A stretch of DNA of 64,000 nucleotides from an uncultured Gammaproteobacteria bacterium. GTDB lineage: Bacteria; Patescibacteriota; Microgenomatia; CAYXHB01; CAZYTL01. Where the stretch lies: positions 11,019 to 75,018 of the forward strand of contig CAZYTL010000006.1 in NCBI GenBank assembly GCA_964650355.1. The letters run 5' to 3'. The position numbers and the translations under genes are program-made. Of the stretch, positions 1-6,436 are shown piece after piece (the first letter of the stretch is position 1; each line of letters opens with the position of its first letter). The notes beneath the pieces were generated by a model, which did not search any database, was not told the DNA's origin, and saw nothing but the letters and a program-made list of their open reading frames with translations.

Positions 1-313
1 CCTCGATCTGGCTGGCCTCTTCACACAGTTTTAAAATGTTAGATCCTTCAATATGAACGGCTTTTCTTAGTAATTCGTCTTTTGTCTGATTGGTATCTTG
101 AAGATGTTTTTCAAGGGAGGCCTGGTCTTTTTGTGCTTCCTCTGGGGTTAGTATACCGTCGCTAATTTCCTTTTCTAGTTCCTTCTTGCGAAGAAAAGTG
201 AAAGACAGCTCTCCCATGACATCTGCGTGTCTTTGGGATAAGAGATCATCATAAGAAGTTTCTCTAATTCTGGGTTGTTTTTCTTTATCTTGTTGAGCTT
301 CGTCGTCAGCCAT
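1..313 (-). CDS. Hypothetical charged protein, runs off the left edge
   Basis: ATG at 313 (MADDEAQQDKEKQPRIRE...), frame stays open to the window edge; translated by hand, not in the ORF track. Confidence 0.65.
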   Translation of the reverse strand, partial: MADDEAQQDKEKQPRIRETSYDDLLSQRHADVMGELSFTFLRKKELEKEISDGILTPEEAQKDQASLEKHLQDTNQTKDELLRKAVHIEGSNILKLCEEASQIE

Positions 314-362
314 AATGTTGATTATGAATTCAAACTGATGATTATTTTAAAGTATAACATTT

Positions 363-596
363 TTAATGGGTAACTTCACTTAAGGCTTCTTTAAAGGTCC
401 TTATGCCCCAGACAACGGCTCCCCTGGCCCACATAAAGGCCAGATATCCAGCTAAACCGCCAACGGCTAATAAAGAACCTCGGGTAATACCTGGGATATC
501 TAACGGAATTCGAGCTGGTATATTCCTGGGGAGGGCAACGATAGATGGTCTGTTTTCTGTTATCGGTGGTAAATAGGCGGCTATTTCGGGACGCAT
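363..596 (-). CDS. Small hypothetical membrane protein
   Basis: ORF 363..644 with a likelier ATG at 596 (MRPEIAA); one hydrophobic segment (LLAVGGLAGYLAFMW). Confidence 0.5.
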   Translation of the reverse strand: MRPEIAAYLPPITENRPSIVALPRNIPARIPLDIPGITRGSLLAVGGLAGYLAFMWARGAVVWGIRTFKEALSEVTH

Positions 597-754
597 ATAA
601 GTGATTGAATAAATGAATTTAATCCTATAGCTATAATTATACAATAAATGGTGATTTTGTCAACTTTTTTCTGCCTCTCTTAATCCGGTTTAAGGTTGAT
701 GATGTTGTTACTGATGGTCACAACTAATTACCAGGTCAAGAGTGGATGGACGGA

Positions 755-988
755 TTAAGTTGTGGCAGTAAGTCCTTTGGTGCCCCGGCCGTTAATTAAC
801 TCACGGATGCCTAAGGATGCGAATACTCCAAAGATGGCTAGGGATAGAGCTGGGGTGAGCAGTTTGACGCGGGTGGCGAGGAATTCTTTGATATCGAGGT
901 TTGTTAACGCGCCCCATTGGAGATTAATTGTTTCATGAAGTTGTCGGCCATCCCCTACTGGTGATGAGAGGGATTCTTTGGGTGACAT
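755..988 (-). CDS. Small hypothetical membrane protein
   Basis: 77 aa, ATG start, one C-terminal TM segment; similar layout to the neighbouring ORF. Confidence 0.55.
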   Translation of the reverse strand: MSPKESLSSPVGDGRQLHETINLQWGALTNLDIKEFLATRVKLLTPALSLAIFGVFASLGIRELINGRGTKGLTATT

Positions 989-1095
989 TTTTTATACTTT
1001 GATTACCCTGTAATCCCTTAATTATATAGGACCGCGTCAAGCAATTTAAGTAGTGATAAATAAATTTATGTTTGATGATATAAGAACCTATAATA

Positions 1096-1124
1096 TTGAC
1101 GCTTTAGGGTTCTTATGATATAGT
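1096..1124 (+). promoter_or_regulatory. Sigma70-type promoter overlapped by an inverted repeat
   Basis: TTGACG(1096)-17 bp-TATAGT(1119) with extended -10 TG; ATAAGAACC(1080)/GGTTCTTAT inverted repeat brackets the -35. Confidence 0.7.
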
Positions 1125-1130
1125 GGCGGG

Positions 1131-1552
1131 GAGTTAGTCTGTTTTAACAAATTTAAGGATGGAAAGACATTGTTTTGTTCGTTCATTACGAGATTAAGCC
1201 ACTAATGGCCTGATGGTCAGGGTGGTTTTTTAGTGGAAACCGTCTGTTCTTTGCCACCCGGATCTGATGTGCCGGATAAAAAAATAACCGATAATCAAAT
1301 ATTAGGTCACAGTTGGTATTTTTAACGCTAATTGTGAGACTCGCTCTTTAATAATTGAATAGTAGTAGGGAAGCTGGAATGTTTGAGGCTACTCGCGCAA
1401 ATTGGTCAATTGGCTGATTTTTTTGCGGTTTAGTTTCTCGAACCTTCTTTTTCCCTACTACCGCAACCACGTTCAGTTTACATGAACGTGGTTAAAAGGA
1501 TGTTTTTAACAGTCCCCTACTCTTTCGTTGGGGATTTTGGGAAAAGAAGTTT
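1131..1552 (+). ncRNA. Putative structured non-coding RNA or long leader, first part
   Basis: No credible ORF; successive stems with G-U pairs on the + strand (1307-1337, 1362-1461, 1465-1493, 1511-1536); boxA-like GCTCTTTAATAA at 1343. Confidence 0.5.
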
Positions 1553-1598
1553 TTATTGGCTGAGCGAAACCAAGTCTGACTTGGCAGAGTCGAAGCCG
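1553..1598. repeat. REP-like element (CTGAGC...GTCGAAG family) at the 3' side of the GIY-YIG gene
   Basis: TTATTGGCTGAGCGAAACCAAGTCTGACTTGGCAGAGTCGAAGCC; near-identical inverted copy at 3521-3565. Confidence 0.75.
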
Positions 1599-1615
1599 CC
1601 TGATGATAATATTTT

Positions 1616-1885
1616 TTACCAATTTTGTTTCCACTCACCGGTGATTAGTTTTTCTTTTTTGGATCTGCTCCAACCTTGAATTTGTTTTTCACGCATTCTG
1701 GCTAATTCCAAGTTTTCATATTCTTCCAGATAGATGATTTTTACAAATCCGTGTTTACTAGTGTATTGGGAACCCTTACCTGATTGATGTTGGAATTCAC
1801 GGTGAGCAGGATTCCAGGTCATTCCCGTGTAATATGATTTGTCCGCACATAAAGCAATACAGACATACCACTTCCATTTAGTCAT
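1616..1885 (-). CDS. Small GIY-YIG nuclease family protein (UPF0213/YhbQ-like)
   Basis: WYVCIALCADKSYYTGMT..HREFQH..G.GSQYT..AR.REKQIQGWSRSKK. Confidence 0.9.
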   Translation of the reverse strand: MTKWKWYVCIALCADKSYYTGMTWNPAHREFQHQSGKGSQYTSKHGFVKIIYLEEYENLELARMREKQIQGWSRSKKEKLITGEWKQNW

Positions 1886-1898
1886 GATCTCAGTTTAT

Positions 1899-1923
1899 CA
1901 CTTCGACATGCTCAGTGAATAAA
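1899..1923. repeat. REP-like element at the 5' side of the GIY-YIG gene
   Basis: CACTTCGACATGCTCAGTGAATAAA; ends match the inverted copy at 3479-3514. Confidence 0.7.
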
Positions 1924-1927
1924 CTGA

Positions 1928-2123
1928 GGAATTCTTTTTCCAGAATCCCCAATGAAAGGAGGTTGGGGCCTTAGGCAACCCAGAAAGTCCGGGTTTGCCA
2001 GGTGGGATGGCTGCGACGACCCACCCTCCCCAAAGGGGAGCAGGATTTCTGCCTGAGGGCTGATGTCCGAGTCGCAATGGATCGCGAAGCAATAGTTTCC
2101 CCGATGAGGGGAAGGAGGAAATC
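1928..2123 (+). promoter_or_regulatory. Structured leader ending in a strong Shine-Dalgarno
   Basis: Stems 1969-1977/2050-2058, 1974-1999, 2001-2025, 2026-2040, 2097-2113; AAGGAGG-aaatc-ATG. Confidence 0.55.
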
Positions 2124-3119
2124 ATGAATAAGAAGCTTCGCCAACTGGGGATCGTCGCCACCGGCGTGGCGATCCTCGGGGTTTTTCTGATCGCCGGTAT
2201 CGCGTTTGCACAAGGACCCGCCGAGGAGGCGCGAACCGATGTCACCTTCTTAGCAAGAGGTGGCGCCTACACATTCACCGTCAAGAGTGGACACGAAGTC
2301 ACCTTGACGGACTTTCAAAACCCCGCCCCCCCAATGACGGCGACGCTCCGGGCGATGTCGCCGTTTAGTTTTACACTGACGGCGCCCGGTGAGCCCCCGG
2401 ACCAGGGAATCGGCAAGACGGAGTCGAGAACCGACCCATTCACGGCCGAGTTCCCGGTCGCCCCCGGGGCGACCATCGGAGTCGAGCGGGCTGATGTCCA
2501 AATCCGCCTGGAAGTGGCCGGTGCCGCCCATTTTGTTTTGGCGGATCGGCCTACCACGGAGCCCACGCCCACCCCGGCCGTCACACCCACCGTCCAGGTC
2601 GGCCGGACCCTCGTCCGCACCACCGGCCCCATCACCTTAACAAAAGGTGTGACGCACACAGTAGTGCTCACACCGAGCGAAGGGGAGCGGTGGGGGTTGG
2701 CCGTCCCCACTGGCACGGTCAGGGTCGAAATGGCCAGCGACGGGGCCTTTGGGTTCGGGGACAGTCTGGCGACCCCAGGCGCCGGGGGGTCGGCCACCCT
2801 CCACGCTGCCTTCGGCCCCGGCAGCGTCGACACCGCGCCAATCGTCACCACCCGGTCTGGGCAGAAGGTGACCGTCACCTTAGTGGCGGACACCGACGTG
2901 ATTGCCACCTGGGTGCGGGACGTGCCGGTGGCGGGCGAGACGCCGAAGGCCAAGCCCGGAACGATGCCGGGGACCTCGGGTGTTTTTGGCCCCAACGGAG
3001 GCAACCCCGAGGAGGGACCAGAGGTGGCCGGCCAGGATGAGCCTGACTTTCCGCCGCCATGGTGTGCTGGTGGCCTACTGCCCTTGGGGGCAGTGGTCTT
3101 CGCCAGTCGGCGGCGATAG
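2124..3119 (+). CDS. GC-rich secreted/surface protein with Pro-Thr linker and C-terminal anchor-like tail
   Basis: Signal peptide ending AFA-QGP; PTTEPTPTPAVTPT linker; tail PPPWCAGGLLPLGAVVFASRRR; strong SD; GC far above flanks. Confidence 0.85.
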   Translation: MNKKLRQLGIVATGVAILGVFLIAGIAFAQGPAEEARTDVTFLARGGAYTFTVKSGHEVTLTDFQNPAPPMTATLRAMSPFSFTLTAPGEPPDQGIGKTESRTDPFTAEFPVAPGATIGVERADVQIRLEVAGAAHFVLADRPTTEPTPTPAVTPTVQVGRTLVRTTGPITLTKGVTHTVVLTPSEGERWGLAVPTGTVRVEMASDGAFGFGDSLATPGAGGSATLHAAFGPGSVDTAPIVTTRSGQKVTVTLVADTDVIATWVRDVPVAGETPKAKPGTMPGTSGVFGPNGGNPEEGPEVAGQDEPDFPPPWCAGGLLPLGAVVFASRRR

Positions 3120-3151
3120 TCACCGTTCGGGAGCCTGACGGCCGCCTCCCT

Positions 3152-3442
3152 GGCCGGATGTACCGGCCCGAGGGCTCCTGGACCCAGACAGGGGGGTACT
3201 TCTGGTGCCCCCCTGTCAGTAAGCATCCTTTTCCTCCGATATGCTTCGGAGGACCTGACCAGGTATTTTCGCTTTCACCACTAGCGGTGAAATGGTTTGA
3301 AAATATCCCTCAGGTAGCGGTAGTAGGGGCTTACTTGAGAAATCAATACCGTTTCGAAGTTTCCCCCAAAGGGACCTCTTCGGGGACGTTTCAAGATAAT
3401 CTATTGATTTTTCAAGGGAGCCTAAGAAAGTAGTTTCAGGCT
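3152..3442 (+). other. Hairpin-dense 3' trailer, may include a terminator
   Basis: Stems 3152-3168, 3187-3217 (13 bp), 3232-3253, 3273-3292, 3335-3349/3402-3416 (15 bp), 3419-3442. Confidence 0.55.
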
Positions 3443-3478
3443 GTTTGTTTCAAGTTAATATAACTGACTCTTTAACGA

Positions 3479-3644
3479 TTTATTCACTGAGCGCAACGTA
3501 GTGAAGTCGAAGTGTTGATAGGGCTTCGACTACGCCAAGTCAAACTTGGCTTCGCTCAGCCAATAATTACTATTATCCACTTATTCACTGAGTGAGCGTA
3601 GCGAATCGAAGTAAAGGCTTCGATTCAGCAAAGCTTCACTCAGC
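3479..3644. repeat. Two REP doublets (REPIN-like) of the GIY-YIG-associated family
   Basis: TTATTCACTGAG...TCGAAGT / GGCTTCGA...CTCAGCC pairs at 3479-3565 and 3581-3644. Confidence 0.75.
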
Positions 3645-3671
3645 CGATATTAATTTCCAAATTCAAAATTC

Positions 3672-6386
3672 ATGCCAAGTAAAGAAACATCATCATCATT
3701 CAGACGGCGGGTTTGGGAGCAAACCAGGGAAACCCTGCCACCGGCTCTGGCTGGTGCGGGTACCAGGCTGGCAGTGGATGCCGGACTGACCTATTTGGGC
3801 GCAGCTACCTTTCCGGCTACAGCAGTAGCGGTAGGGATCGGCAGTGCAGTGCGCAAAGGAATAGTGGAAGGCAGGAGAAGGAGAAAAAGTACCAAAGGGT
3901 TTTATAACTATCAAGTGACTCGCCATGAAAAAGCTCATGAGCAACCATGGAACGAGGGATGGATTGGAAAAAGATTAGTCAGAGGCGTGAAACGGTTAGC
4001 GGATAATGTGGCGCACGGAACTGAAATGAGGATTACCCAGAAAGCTTTTGATGTGAGGATGAACAAATTTATGGTTGAGTATGCGGCGGAGCACACAACC
4101 TCTTTAAAGGAAGATATTCCAGTTAGCTGCAGAGAATTAGCGATGAATGAATTAAGGAACGAGATAGCTCAGTTAGATCCTCAGATTTCTCGAGCCAGCG
4201 GAAAAGCAAAGCATGAGTTACTATTAGAAAAACACGAACCAATTGATAGCAGAACGAAAGATTTGATAGGAGAGCAGGCTGAAAAAGTAAAGGCTTTCTT
4301 CTTGAGAGTGGCCAGAACAGGTGCTGGGCCAGAAGCGTCAGAAGAGGTAGTGAGTCAATATGCGACTGAAATGGTCAAAGAGAAGTTAATTAATTTCTCT
4401 ATGGCGCATTTAACAGCGGGAAGGAATCAAGAGGTAAAGAATCGGGCTAACGACCTGTATATGGCTTACTACAGAGCCGCTGAAGATTTGGTAGGTGGAG
4501 AAGAGGAAATGAGGTCAATCAGAGATGAAATTTGGCAGGCGATTAAGAAAGAGAGAGCGAGCGCGGGTAAAAAAGCGGTGCGAAGAATAGCCGCAGTGCA
4601 ATTGGCAAAAGGACCGGTTAAATTTTACGCAGGCGGGTTCCTGGCAAGAAAAATAGTCCAAGGAGCCCAGTGGGCAAAAGAGACGTGGGGAATTTCCGCA
4701 CCTCAAGTTCCAGAACCAGTGCATGATGCGGCGCAAAAGGTAGTCAAGAAGGTAAAGCAGGTTTGGAACTGGGTGCGAGGTAAAGGGAATCAGCATCATG
4801 AATTGCCACCGCCTAGTGACCCCAGGAACGTGCAACCCGGAGGATTGGAGTCAGCCAGTTCACCCCTAGCTGATGGTGCCAGACCAGGAGCCGGAGGGCT
4901 GGTAAGAGGAACGGAAAATCAACCTGTTGTAATGGCGATTAATGTGCCTCAAGGAGGGACCCTGTCCGGTGCTTTGGCTGATGCAGGAGTGATTAGTCCG
5001 GATTTTACCCAAGCCGGCAGCGGAGAGGAATTTTTAAAAGCCGTCCAGGATTATTGTGTGGGTTGCGGCAAATTAACCCCTGAGCAACTACAGGAATTGC
5101 AGACAGCGATTAGAAAGGATCCCAACATTTCATTGGGGCAGTTATGGCATGAATATCCGGGGCCTTTTACAGGCTTAAATCATGTCGATCCCGGTGAGGA
5201 GATTGTAACTCACGTGAGTCACCGAGGGCCGAGTGTAGCCTATCCCCTACTCGAACACCCAGCAGTTAATCCGCCTGACCCGGCTCACATACCCGCACAG
5301 GAGGCGCCTATTTTATATAAATATGTGGAAGTGAATGAACACGGACAAAAAGTATTCAAATTGGTGCCGGTCAACTCTGCTGATCAACCAGCGGAGGCAG
5401 CGCACCAAATGGCCACGGAAACCCTGCCTCAACCGCTACAGACGATGGCGAATAATGCCCCGGCCAGGGTGCCGACAATGAATTCGACCGCGAACCTAAC
5501 GACAACGGAGCCTGAAGTTAAATATCGGTATGTTAAGGTAAGGGTTCACGGACAAGAAGAGTTCGTGTTGCAGCCGGTTTCTCATGATCCCTCATTACCA
5601 GAGAGTGCGGACAACGCCCCGACACAGGTGGTTGACCAGTCAACCCAAGCGAGGACTGAAACGGTTCTACCGGCACATAACAGACAACCAGTGAGGGTTG
5701 AACATCCCAGACCAGAGAATTTAACTAGACAACTGATTCATGGGGCACCAGAGAGACACAGCGAGGCCTTGGTTCAAGTTGATTTTAACCGGCCGGGAGC
5801 TAATGGGGGAATAAAATTTAGTTCAAACCTGCCTGAGTTAAGTCCTCCAGCTGGGGTGAGCATGAAATACCGACCAATTGCTTTTGGCCACTTTGACGTG
5901 TTTAACGGAACTAATTACGACGCGTTAAATAATCCAGCTCAGGATGGAATTACTGTTTATGGAAATACCCAATTGACTGGCTTACCAGGTGAGCGGGTTG
6001 GGCTGTTAACCTGTGCTGATTTAGGTAAATCCAGAACGGTGTTAGAGTTCGTGTCGGAATCAACCGTGGACCCTTTGACCCAAGTGGACGCAAATCCGAC
6101 AGTGTTAGTCAGTCATGCTGACGGCTGGTATCATCAAAATAAGCCTAACGAGAAAGAATGGTGGTATGCGCTGTTTGAAATATTCCGCCGAGCGGCAAAG
6201 AATGCTTATGAAGCAACCGGATCGACTTATGGACAATGGGTGGATTTAGACAGTGGAATTAAGGTTTATTTGACTAATCAAGAAGGGAACGTGTTAGTTT
6301 ATACAGCCCGTCGGGCTTTTGTGTTTGAAAATGACAATATTGATGATGTCGACATTAATGATGTGATGGAGATGTTGAAGAACTAA
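3672..6386 (+). CDS. Large hypothetical protein: helical N-half, LysM-like segment, Pro/Thr linker with a repeated motif, possible sortase-like C-domain
   Basis: 904-aa ORF; NVPQGGTLSGAL; repeats YKYVEVNEHGQKVFKLVPV / YRYVKVRVHGQEEFVLQPV; VGLLTC...R and VLVSH near the C-terminus. Confidence 0.85.
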   Translation: MPSKETSSSFRRRVWEQTRETLPPALAGAGTRLAVDAGLTYLGAATFPATAVAVGIGSAVRKGIVEGRRRRKSTKGFYNYQVTRHEKAHEQPWNEGWIGKRLVRGVKRLADNVAHGTEMRITQKAFDVRMNKFMVEYAAEHTTSLKEDIPVSCRELAMNELRNEIAQLDPQISRASGKAKHELLLEKHEPIDSRTKDLIGEQAEKVKAFFLRVARTGAGPEASEEVVSQYATEMVKEKLINFSMAHLTAGRNQEVKNRANDLYMAYYRAAEDLVGGEEEMRSIRDEIWQAIKKERASAGKKAVRRIAAVQLAKGPVKFYAGGFLARKIVQGAQWAKETWGISAPQVPEPVHDAAQKVVKKVKQVWNWVRGKGNQHHELPPPSDPRNVQPGGLESASSPLADGARPGAGGLVRGTENQPVVMAINVPQGGTLSGALADAGVISPDFTQAGSGEEFLKAVQDYCVGCGKLTPEQLQELQTAIRKDPNISLGQLWHEYPGPFTGLNHVDPGEEIVTHVSHRGPSVAYPLLEHPAVNPPDPAHIPAQEAPILYKYVEVNEHGQKVFKLVPVNSADQPAEAAHQMATETLPQPLQTMANNAPARVPTMNSTANLTTTEPEVKYRYVKVRVHGQEEFVLQPVSHDPSLPESADNAPTQVVDQSTQARTETVLPAHNRQPVRVEHPRPENLTRQLIHGAPERHSEALVQVDFNRPGANGGIKFSSNLPELSPPAGVSMKYRPIAFGHFDVFNGTNYDALNNPAQDGITVYGNTQLTGLPGERVGLLTCADLGKSRTVLEFVSESTVDPLTQVDANPTVLVSHADGWYHQNKPNEKEWWYALFEIFRRAAKNAYEATGSTYGQWVDLDSGIKVYLTNQEGNVLVYTARRAFVFENDNIDDVDINDVMEMLKN

Positions 6387-6436
6387 ATATTGCCTTAGTT
6401 ATTTAAGTTATATACAATAAATATTGAATCTGAAAT

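Noticed and set aside
1982-1992. AGAAAGTCCGG resembles the RNase P RNA GAGGAAAGUCC motif
   Set aside because: The match is partial and I found no complementary 3' P4 motif (ACAGAA..CGGCUUA)
1131-2123. tmRNA, group I intron or rRNA leader as the identity of the structured region
   Set aside because: No tRNA-like ends or tag ORF, no recognisable P7 core or interrupted host gene, no rRNA downstream; the GIY-YIG ORF is antisense
2250-3226. Long overlapping ORFs (2315..3226 minus and others)
   Set aside because: Shadow frames of a GC-rich gene; the + frame has the SD, signal peptide and anchor
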